A stretch of 63,487 bases of DNA, the filler included, from Reclinomonas americana ATCC 50394 (lineage: Eukaryota), in NCBI GenBank assembly GCA_048213135.1. It is 17 parts of 17 records of this genome, joined end to end, with 100 filler letters (N's around TTAATTAATTAA, not from the genome) between each part and the next. Parts side by side here need not be neighbours in the genome. Positions count along the whole stretch, not along the records: positions 28,001 to 43,970 come from AFZH01023370.1; 16 more parts are not named here. One strand, given 5' to 3'. This document shows positions 33,301 to 44,070 of this stretch, piece after piece. Below the pieces are notes generated by a model. The model searched no databases. It was not told where the DNA came from and was given only the letters and a program-made list of their open reading frames with translations. The first letter of the stretch is position 1. Every line of letters starts with the position of its first letter. The position numbers and the translations under genes are program-made.

Positions 33301-34862
33301 GGTGGCGGTGTGCGCAGGTGGCGCGTGACAGCATGACGAAAGAGTTGCGAACGGCGGCTGTGGCGAATGAACTGCGCGAGCTGGTGCGCGAGCAGAAAGA
33401 CAAGCTGGGCGAGCTGGTCGTCGCCAAGACCGAGCTCATGCGCAAGCACCAGGTTGGTCATCTAAGGGTGGGGGAAAAATGTCACCCAGCTGCTCGTCGT
33501 TCAATCGTGTGCCACGCAGGAGGAGATGGCCGTGCTCGAGGCTGAGTTGCGACGTGTCGCCGAGGAAGCACAGGTGCGTGCGCATGTCGCCTTGTCCGTG
33601 CTCCTCTTTGAGTCTCACCGCAACGCGCGAGCAGCACGGTCGCACGAACGAGGGTGAACTGCGTGCCGCCCGCGCCGAACTGCAAGCGCAGCGCACGCTG
33701 GCCACGCAGCTGGAGCGGCACATTGAGACATTGGACGAGAGGTGGAAGGAAAAGGTGAATGCCTCTTTTCGTTTTCTGTTTCCCCTTTTCTGCTGCTCAC
33801 GTTGTCGGTGCGCAGTTGCACGACATGCAATCGGCACGTCGTGAGGCCGAGGCGCGTGCCGACTCACTTCAGGACCGGCTGGCGGTTGCCGAGACCACGG
33901 TGGCCGACCGGGAGAGGCTCATAGTCCAGCGCACGCGGGAGTTGGAGGCGCTGGAGCGGTCGTTGGCTGACAAGGTTGGGAGGGGGGAAGGAAGGGGAAG
34001 GGGAAGGGGGAAGGGGGGAGAGAGGGGAAGGGGGGAAGGGAGGGGGGAAGAGGGTGCAGGAAGGAGCCACCTGTGCTCCTGTGCGATGCACGCACTGACA
34101 TCTGCTATCGAACAGGGCGCGGCGTTGGAGTCACTGCAGTCCGAGTTGCGCGGACGCCTGCAAGCGGTGCAGGATGAGCTGGATCAGGAGGTGGAGACGC
34201 GGACGAAACTGCGCGAGGAGCTGACACGCAAGGAGGAGCATGAACTGCAATTAGGTGCGCCCGTTTCTGCACGCCCTTTGTTGTTATCAGTGTGTGCACT
34301 CACACGAGTATTGCTGACGCCGACAGAGGAGGAACTGGAGACGGTGTCTCGCGAACGGCGCGACTTGCAGCGCAAGTACGATCGGCTGCATGAAGCCTTG
34401 GAAGACAAGGGGCGCACACTGAGCCTGCTGGAGCAGGAGGTAAAAGGCCTCCAGCGCGTGTACGAAGAGCGCGAGCGAGAGGCGCGCGAAAACTTCAAGA
34501 GCCAGCTGGCGGAGCAGGAGGCCGCCGTGATGCGTGCTCAGTTGCAACTGCGTGCGGCCGAGGACGAATGTCGTGCAGCGCGGACGCTAAGTGCGGATCT
34601 GGAGCGTCGCGGTGCCGAGCTCACCGAGTTGCGTGTGCAGGAGAAGGAAGAGGAAGGGTGTGTGTATGCACTGATATTTGTGTTGGGCAGAAACTTGCGG
34701 GAGGCTCGCGACGTTGTGGCGCAACAACGCGATGAAATTGTCGTGTTGCTGCGACACAATGACGAGCTGAAGGCGCAGATGGAGCAGCGCATGCGGAAGC
34801 TGCAGAGTGCGCTGAGTGAGCTGCAACTGCCGCTCGTGCCCGGTCCCAGTGGCAGCACGTGA
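30328..34862 (+). CDS. LRRCC1: Leucine-rich repeat and coiled-coil centriolar protein (LRRCC1/VFL1-like), about 20 exons
   Basis: N-terminal SDS22-type LRRs (INLSHNRL, LVLSSNQI, LNLSGNRI, LVLSFNRI), long coiled coil, and C-terminus MEQRMRKLQSALSELQ resembling the LRRCC1 C-terminus. Confidence 0.7.
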
Positions 34863-34915
34863 CGGGACGGACGGCCACAGTTTTTTCTTACGTATTGACT
34901 GAACGAGCAGAGACC

Positions 34916-35431
34916 ATGTGAGTTCGTTTCCTTCTGTCTATCTCTTCATGTGGTGCATCTCACGCGCTTGAGTTGCTGTTCATGTGCCATCACCACCGCC
35001 ACCACCACCACAGGGACGCCTTCGTTGCGTCTTCTTTTCGTCGCGTGTCCAACTCTTTGATTCTCACTCTTTTTCCTGCCTTCCCACAGATCCTTTGTTT
35101 CGTCTCCATGCTGTGCCACTAGTACTGAGAGCAATGCGCGCGTGTACACTCACCTCTTCTTCTCCTTCCCTCTCTTCTCGCGGCGAATGGGCAGTCATCG
35201 AGCCGGTATGTCTGCGCAGCACCACAATGTCTGATTTTCAGGTGCTGAGTTGTGTGCGTTTTTTCCTTTTAGGTTAGCGGCGGCATGACATCGGCGCCGG
35301 ACTGCCACCACGATCACCATGATCACCACCACGATCACCATCACCACCACCACCACCACCACCACCACGGCCATCACCACCACGGCCACCATGGCCACCA
35401 TGGCCATCACGGCCACCACGGCCACTGCTAA
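34916..35431 (+). CDS. Histidine-rich peptide (62 aa, 31 His) built from micro-exons
   Basis: Exons 34916-34917, 35014-35023, 35090-35096, 35195-35205 and 35273-35431 joined by GT-AG introns give MDAFILFIEPVSGGMTSAPDC-HHDHHD...GHHGHC*. An unspliced 48-aa ORF from the ATG at 35285 also exists. Confidence 0.6.
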
Positions 35432-36247
35432 GCAGTGGGGTGCGTGAAGACACGAGGGGGGGAGCACAGATGAGGCGGGGAAATCAATGAATGCCATGTG
35501 CTTCTCGTCGCGCGAGAACTCTTCTCACACACTCGGTGGTCGCGATCGTCGCCGACCGCGCGCTCGTTCGTGGCGCACAATCAGTCGCCTTTCGCTGTTT
35601 CTATATTGTCTGCAAACCTTCGGCTGATTCTTTTTATGGTCATTCCACCTCTCACACAAAACAGTGGCCCTGTTGCATGCCCTGTAGCATGGCGCTGGGT
35701 GCGCTGTATGTGCGCCCTCAATGACAACGCTGGCATCATGCATATTGATCGACGGCCTTTCAGATCCTCGAGTTCCCGACTGTCGGGCAGTAAGAGTGTC
35801 GTGTGAGGGTGCAAGTCGGTGTGTTGGCGCACAATGGGAGTGCAGCCGGATTCGAGCGCCTCCGCTGCGAGAAGCAGACAGACTCGGTCACATTGAAATG
35901 ATCGCCGCGCGCTGCGCAGCGGCGTTGCTGCGATTCACGTGCACATGCGTCTCCGACGCTCAGCACACCCTGTGACCTTAGACAGCACGTTCTATGTTCA
36001 GTTGAAGTCATATGCGTGAACCAAACAAAAGATCCAAGTTGATGAGCCACGGACGCGTCGACGTCAGTTTCTATATTGATGGTCATTTTGCGTCCCCCCG
36101 CCCTCTGTGACCGATCGCACTTTCACTTGCGCGCATTCGTTCACACTGCCTCCCCGCCGTATTGATTCCTCAAGGTGAGGTCACCAGTGGACTCTCATGT
36201 GGGCGATCAGAGGCTAACTTGCTGTTTGGTGCAGAACTCGACGACAC

Positions 36248-39200
36248 ATGTCCACAAACTCGCATTCCACCACCTGGTCTCTCGCGAAAAGTTCGCGAAA
36301 GGGGCATCGCAAGCTGCGTGATGACACGGGAGCCGGCGCCAGTTCCAGCGGATCCACTGGCGGTTCTTCTGCAGCTGCTCTTCATGAGTTTCCCGGAGTG
36401 TGGGACACCACCGCCACGCACGCTGCGCCGGTCACCACAGACGTTGCTGGAGGCGATGCAGCTGGCGGGGCGACGGCCCATCTAGCGCTACCGCTTGGAG
36501 ATCGCTACGCCGGCGCCGATGTCGACCCCTTGACCGCAGGGGTAAGCAGTTCATTCATCACATTTAAGTGCAACCAGCTGAGTGGTCTGTTTGCAGTTTT
36601 CTCCGCAGCAGGTTATCGAGGCCATTCGGCAGAAGTACTTTCTAGCCTACCGCTACGCACGCGACTTTGTAACCGACCACCACAAGCTGGTGGAGCTACT
36701 CAGTCAGCAATTGTTCTCCGAAAAGGTTTCAGCACATGACCTGAGGCTGCGTGCTTCTTCAGTTGCTGACAACACACCCTCAATAGGAACACTTCTTCTT
36801 CGAGCTGATCCAGAACGCCGACGACAACAGCTATTCGGAGTCTGCGCCACGCCTGTTCGCGTTCGACCTTTTGCCCCCGTCTGACCTCTATCCCCACGGC
36901 GCCTTACTTACTGTCAACACGGAGGAAGGGTTCCAAGCGCTCCACGCGGTGGCGCTCTGTCGCGCCGGAGTCAGCTCGAAGCGCGGCGAGTCGTGGACCA
37001 CTGCCACAGGAGAAATGCGCCGTCGCTTCATCGGTGAAAAGGGCATCGGCTTCAAAGCCGTCTTTGCCATCACGGCATCGCCACACATCTCTTCGCGTGG
37101 CTATCACTTTTGCCTCGACCGCGAGCCTTCTGCCGAAATTCCCTTGGGGTACATCGTGCCGGAGTGGCTGACTGGCGACGATTTCCACCGGGTGACGCTG
37201 CAGGAGGGCGCACTTCGCGTTCTCTCGCGCGCGTTGGGAGATCGTTTGCAATTGGCGGAAAAGCTGATGAGGACGGAGCCCACTTGCATGCTGTTTCCGC
37301 TTTGCAGCGACGATGCTCAGCGGGTGTGCATGGACGTGCTTGAAGGCGTCAGCACCAACACCGAGGTTCTGCTGTTTCTTGCGCGGCTCGATATTCTCGT
37401 GCTGCGTGGTGCAGTGGTTGCTCGTTCAGTCAATCGAGTCGCAGTTGAGCTTCCGGCTCGGCCGAGCGGTGCGGGCCCAGAAGTCGATATTGTGACTCTG
37501 TCGTGTAATAACCGCGTGACCAGTCAGTGGCTCCGAGTGACTGTTCCGCTCCGGGCGCCTGCCGTCCAGGAGGCCAAGCGTGCAGGCGTCGAGCTTATTG
37601 ACATGGCCATTGCGCTGCCTCTGACGCTGGAGGGTCAGGCGTCGCTGTTGCAGGACGGCACGTTGTTTGCTTATCTGCCAACGAAGTGCTATCCACTCGC
37701 GCTACCGTTCATTGTTAACTCAGATTTCCTGTTGACGGCGTCACGTGAAGCAATACTTGACTTAGCCTGGAACCGGAAGCTGCTTGACACCACTTTGCCT
37801 GAGTGCTACGAGTTGGTCGTGCAGCACCTGTCAGCGTTGATTGAAGCCAATGAGGTACCGGCTTCGCTTGACGTTCTGCTGGGCATGGTGGTGATGGATC
37901 CGCCCCTCCTTCTGGACAAGCCTGGCTCAAACACGAGCGGTCTCCAAGTGCAGGAAGCGATGCGACACGCACTGCTGCGCGCTGCGCGCGTACCTGTCGC
38001 TGTGGAAGCTGGCACTGTTCCTCTTGGCAGCTGCGTCCTTGCACCAACCTGGTTCCTCGACCTTTTGAGGCAGGAAGACATGGCGTTCCTCCGGCAGGTG
38101 TGCCCGTCACTGCGAGATCCATCTCGTCATTTGGCGTCACAGGAGGTTTCACGTGCGATGGACCGTATTGAGCGCACCCGTTCACGTGGATATCAACCAG
38201 GTCACGTGACACAATATCTTCAGCTGCTTGAGTGGTCAGACGCTGACTGGAATGCACTGTTCAACTGCGACGGCTGGCTGCGACAACGGGCTGCGAATGC
38301 TGCGGATTTTGTGCAGCTCCTGCAAATGATCAAGGATCACTGGGCGGAAACTTTTTCCCGCTTTGTTGATGGTGCTGGGAAGCCAACCATCCGCGTCATT
38401 CCAGTGTCCACTCACGGCCAGCTTCACTTCGACGTTGGCATTGGCGCTGTGTTGAAGGACCAGCAGCAAGGAGGGGTCGGAGACTTTCAGTTCGTCTCCC
38501 AGATTTTGGGTGCCGAGCCGCGCGCAGTGCCCGTACTGACGGACACCGTCGCGCGGTCGTCGCTCTATCCCTGTTTCGTTCAACAGGAAATCAGCGACGC
38601 CATCTACCGTGTCGCCACTCTCCGTGACTGGCTCGTTACAAAGCGTTTTGTGACGGTGTTTCGTCTGGATGACTATTGTCGGTACTTGGCCTCTGACTTG
38701 TCACAGTCCCTCGCTGGACACGGCGAGGCAATCGCCGAGGTGCATTTATTGCTTCGCGCTCATTTGCGGTGGCATATCGCCCTGTCGTCTGCTGCAGCTT
38801 CATCACGCAGCGGTTCTACCGAACATGAATTCGTCTCTCAGGTTTGTCCTCCGCCATCAGCATCGTCTGTGCGCTTTGTTTCCTGACTGTGAGTGCTCTA
38901 ACAGTTGCGGAAGGTCCCCTTTTACTCAGACCAGTTGCGCTCTTCGTCATCACGTATGCAGCTTGACATCTCTGCTGCGGGTGGCGTGGTGAAGCCATAT
39001 CGTTTCTCGCGTCCGCTCTCGGAGTTTCTTGTGCTTGATTCGCACGCCGCGCGGCTGAGCTGTGACGCATCAGTTGGTGCAGCTCGGGCGGAGCAGCTGG
39101 ATCGCCTTGTGGACGGTCAGATTCGTCAGTATGTGTTGCGCGCTGATTACTTCTACCCGCCAGCTGGCAGCTTGGCGGCGGGCCGGTGGAACGATCGGAA

Positions 39201-42200
39201 GGCAGAGGAATTGTGTGCTTTCTTCTTCAACAACGTCGTCTGCGCATCAGGCTCGCCGGAGCCGCCGGTAGAACGGAATGGACAGCCGCACGTTCTCTGG
39301 GAGGTGTATCCGTGGGACCGATGGCTGTTGCTGGAACGCACTGAGTACTGCCGCCGCCTGCATGACATGCTGCTCTGGATCTCGCGCAGCCGGCTCGCTT
39401 CAGCTGCGCAGTCTGGACGTGGTTCACCAACACTTGGCCAACTGATGCGATTGTGGTGCGCCCGAACTGACTGCTGGTTCCCTGCGACATTAGGTGGCGA
39501 CGTCGGCAGCGGTACTTTACCGCCTGGTGACGTGAGTGTGTGGACGCCGTCGTACACATGTGTAACGCTGTTGCCAGAGTCCGAAGGTTCTGGCAGCAGG
39601 CAGATTAATTGGTCTTCCTGGTACAAGCGAGTTTCCTCCTTGCTGCCCAGAGCGGAGAGTTCTGTGGTGGATGGGCTCTCCGGTTCGATGCTGGACGCCC
39701 TCGGCATTGTGTCGCTGGGCAGCGTTGACGTTCATGACTTCACTGTGCTGCTGCTGCGACTGCTCGTGGAGGAAGTAGCTCCGTTCATGGACAGCAGGAA
39801 AGAACACATTGATGCTGTCGTCGGTCTAGACCGGAATCCAATTTCTGGCCTGCCACAAGCGACTGCCATCGCTGTATCGAAGACGATTGTGAAGTGCTTA
39901 GCAACGAACGCACGACGCATGTCTCATCAGCAGTTGCGGTCTGTGCGAGAAGAATTCGCAAATCGTCGCCTCGTATTTGTTCGGAGAAAGAACGGAGCTG
40001 CTATGATTATCTGCAGCCAACAGCGCACAGTACTGTTGCCATCCGGCTCAGCCGGCCGCGGGGAGCTTTGCTCAGTGGTGGACAGTTGGGGACCGGAATT
40101 TAAGGCACCGTTTGCGCTGGTTGATCGCAATACCATTGTGTCTGCGAACCCGGATGATTTAGTCGAACTTCTCGCGCTTCCGTCGACCGTGACGGAACAG
40201 CAAGTCTTTGATCTGATCGAGTCCTTCCGTCGCTACACCATGGCAGTTCCCGACAGAATGGATTCGCCCGACGTAGCTGCTGCCATCGTGAAGCTGTATG
40301 GTCTATTGTTGGATGCACATGCACGCGATTCTGCCTGTGGTGGAAATCCGGCGAGGAATTGGTTCTGGTGTGAGATGGGTTGGACCAACCCGGCAGGTGC
40401 TGGGCAGGATCTGCTCTGGCTTCCTCGAGACGCAGCCCCTCGTGCACGTGGGGGCGACGCGCCGTCAGCAGAGTCGTTGCTTATCCTGGAGGCACTGGCA
40501 TGCTTCAACATCAACCCCTCTGGTTTGTCAGCAGACATTGCGACGTCGTACTTGGACGTCTGCGTCAAACTTTGCGACTGTGAGCTTCTGCGTCTGACTG
40601 TTCGCAAGAAGCTGCCTACCTTGTCTTGGTGCAGTCGGGAACTGAACGCGCCCCAACTTGAAGCTGTGTTTCTCGCCGTGACTCAGGCCGACGTGCGTGA
40701 GCTTGGAATGGAATCGTCTGCTGTGTTGGCATTGTATGAGGGCCTGCGTCGGCTCAAATGGAAGCCATCACAAAGAGTACTGAGCTGCAAAGTCGTACTC
40801 ACTGCTGCTGGCGTGTTTGTGCATCCGAAAGAGGCGTATTTGCCGAGTCCAGGCATTGAGCTACCGTCCACAAGCACCACAGCTCGCCTCTATGCTGTCG
40901 GCTTCGATCGATTTGGCGGTGACCTTCGCAACTGGTTTGGCATCCGATATGTCGCCGAAGATGTGCTGCAGAGCCCACTCGTTGAAGTGTCTGTTGACGG
41001 CGCTCTGGAGACTGATATTCTTCACCCGATGGTCCGTGACTTGCTGCCCGACCTTCTGAAGAACATCTGGGAGCCATTGCCTCTCGGATTTGACTGGGGT
41101 GTATTCGCAACTGACCTCCGCAACGCCGCTGTGTGGGAAGTGTCTTGCATTCGCCAGGTGGTGCTCAACTCGAAAGGTGACAACTTGGGTGATGACAACA
41201 TTGACATACTGTGGCCTTGCCGTTCCAATCTGACCAGAGGTGCCGACTCCACGGTTCCGCGGCTCACCGACCACGAGCGACAGTGCATCTACGTTGTCCG
41301 CACTGATTTCCCTGACGGATATGTGAGGACAGTCGTGCGGCAACTTTACGCTGCTGTGTTTGACACCCGTCAGCAGTCTATGCCCACTCCGCGAGTGACC
41401 ACCGATGCGACCACTGAGGCTAATCGCCGTTCTCGTCAATTGTCCTTGTTGATGTTCTTAGAGAAGGCCACTGAGATCGTGCAAGAGTCAGAGGACATAG
41501 CCGAGCAGCTGCAATGGCTCGTGGAGCAGACCATCGACTTTGTACAGTTTGCGGCAACTAGATTTGATGACCCCGCTGCGCGCGACCTGGTCCAACGCGT
41601 CAGAGCTGGAGCCGCTGAGCGTCCTGGAGAAGGACTGCTGGGTCGTTCGACTGGTCCCCAACGAGAGAGTGAACCACGTGACACAACCAGTACTGCGTCA
41701 GCCGGTAGTGCGGCAATCAGCTTGGACCGGCCGCGTGTCGGAAGTGCTTCTGGGTCTCGCCCACATTACGAGGAATCAACGGCTGTTGCAGTGGGCGAAG
41801 TGCACGACTATGGCGCCACAATCTGTCGATCTCGCGTGACGGAAGTGATGCATGGGCCTTTGGTGGTACGGGACCTCGGCATACCATCAACTGTGCCGGC
41901 CGAAGTCGAGAGACAGGGTTTCCCTTCGAATTCAGGTGCGTTCGATGTCTCGTCGCTCAGCTTCGCAGTCTGCACCCTGACTGATTGTGCTGCTCGTTGG
42001 GCGTGCTCCGCCACAGCTCGTGCAAGCACCGGTAAGTAGCATCCTTCGTACTCAAAAGTGAAGCGTATCCATTGCTGACTTATAGACTGCAAGCCACTGC
42101 AGCTGATGCGCAACGCGGCGGTGCCTCCGGATCCGCCGAGCGGATTCAGCTAACCGTGGGTGCGAGAGAAAACCGTGATGCGGCGTTGCTGCGCGTTCCT

Positions 42201-42674
42201 GGTGGGCGCGAAGGCAGTGGCGAGGTGTTACGCCGGGAGCGTCCGAGTCGCCGCCAGGCGGACTTCGAATTCAAGAACAGTCTCGGCCTTGCAGGCGAGC
42301 AAATCGTATTCCAGGAGCTGCAAAAGCAATACCAGCCGCCGGACTATTGCGTGGTTTGGAATAACGAGCATGGAGAGAGCCAAGCTTCAGTGGACCTGGA
42401 AGTCCGCGACGGTCGCACTGGTCAGGTGCTCCAATTCGTGGAGGTGAAGACCACACACAACAGCAGCAGCGGCTTCTTCTTTTCCGGTAACGAGTGGGAC
42501 CTTGCTCGAAGAGAACGGCAGCGTTACTGTGTCTATCGCGTGGTTGGTCACCTGGAGGACGACAGTTGCTTTGTCCCGGAATCCATCACTACAATCCCAG
42601 ATCCATTTGGGTGGTACCTCAGTGACCGGCTCAACGTGAAGGCTGACAAGTACAGAGCAAGGGTGAATTTGTAG
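36248..42674 (+). CDS. Sacsin/NO VEIN-like GHKL ATPase with C-terminal DUF3883 (PD-(D/E)xK-type) domain, about 2000 aa
   Basis: LLSQQLFSEK/EHFFFELIQNADDNSY, IGEKGIGFKAVF, LFAYLPT, FIVNSDFLLTASRE. C-terminal GLAGEQIVF...VDLEV...FVEVKTT...NEW...YCVYRV. Large ORFs joined by GT-AG introns such as 38842-38904. Start tentative. Confidence 0.85.
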
Positions 42675-43017
42675 GCAACTGTGTTACAATAGCCCTCAGT
42701 GAACTGCGGGTTTAAATTAATTTCTTCCGCTTGAACAAGCAAATAAAAGTAGAACGATTGGAGACGACGAATTTGAAATGAGTTGGCTCCTGATCGTTCT
42801 ACTCCAGAAACCTCAGTATGTCTAACAACAACTATCACGATCTTATAATGGTGATGAAACATCGACAACAACAACTTTACTAATTCCAAACAGCAACACT
42901 GCTGCATGTTGATCACCATCTTGCTGCAGAAAAGGACACAGCGAGGCACCGTCATGCACATGTATTTGGAGCCAGAGATGTCGACTCGCAGCGAGATCAC
43001 AACAGCGTGGAAGAAGA

Positions 43018-43408
43018 ACAATTCAGTCACCAACAAACAAGCAACAGCTGTCTTGATCATGATGGCCATGTCCAATTGCAACCCTATCAAACATCAATAC
43101 AAACACCTGTCTTGAAAGAACTGGAGGCAAGACTCAACGCAACGACGGTGAGTGGTCACGAGGACGCTGCGCGCGCTGCGGCCGAAGTCATCGTAATTCA
43201 CACAGGAAAACCTGCTGCTGGCAGCCATATGTGCTAACACTTGTGTTGATGTTTTGGATATGGTTGGCCTTGGTCCTCCAGACAGCTGTTGCTTGCTTGC
43301 TGGTGAATGAATTTGTTGTTGTCTCCCGATCGCAACGCGCAGAGTACGTTCAAACAAGCAACAACATCGTCAAGATAGCTGTTGCTTGTTTGTTGGTGAA
43401 TGAATTGT
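43018..43408. repeat. 39-bp inverted repeat pair with an extra internal copy
   Basis: 43018-43056 is the reverse complement of 43370-43408 at 37 of 39 positions. A third related copy starts near 43280. Confidence 0.8.
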
Positions 43409-44070
43409 TGTTGTCGAGAGGGGAATGCAGATGGCGCTGCGGTTGGAAATATGCAGACACAGCGGCGACTCCTCGTCCACAGCTACTCGGTGATGGAAAG
43501 AATGAGAACCTTGGGAGATAAGTGCGCAGGAACTTCCTGATATCAGTAGTACGTTCGCGATCGTCCTCGTCTGTCCTCGTTCAAAACTCGTCCGCCAGGC
43601 GTTCGCCTACAGCTGAGAGAGAAGAAAAGATCATGTTGCGTGCATATCTGCATCTCTTCTCCTTCTTGGGTGCGGTACTCACTCGAATGCATCATGCATG
43701 CTTCCTGCGCACAGGGATTTCGTCACTGTTGCGTCGGAGCTCCAAACTCTTGCTTGCATGCATGCTCCACTCACTGTGAAACGAATGCACAGATTACTCG
43801 TTGCGTCTTGTTGCGCTGAGCGTACAGAGAGTGTCCCTCGACAACAACAGCAGCAGAAGCGCTACGATAGCAAGCGCACTCGTGTACTTACCTCCTCCTC
43901 GGTTTTCGCTTGCGGTGTTCTTGGGCAGACAATGACCCGGTGAGTGCCGACTCTCCACCCAGTGCCTACTNNNNNNNNNNNNNNNNNNNNNNNNNNNNNN
44001 NNNNNNNNNNNNNNTTAATTAATTAANNNNNNNNNNNNNNNNNNNNNNNNNNNNNNNNNNNNNNNNNNNN

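Noticed and set aside
23710..34690. Possibility that the GTT donors are really non-canonical AG/TT introns
   Set aside because: Moving the G into the exon while keeping the AG acceptor shifts the frame, for example in ENDOV at 23710. GT-AG splicing keeps it.
35500..36100. Possible small minus-strand spliced gene starting MTINIETDVDAS
   Set aside because: Some splice-like signals, but I could not build a consistent frame or recognise a domain.
38884..38904. In-frame TGA/TGA/TAA between two large same-frame ORFs, suggesting stop-codon reassignment
   Set aside because: They lie inside a 63-nt GT-AG intron (38842-38904) with a CTAAC branch site. Other genes end at TAA, TAG or TGA normally.
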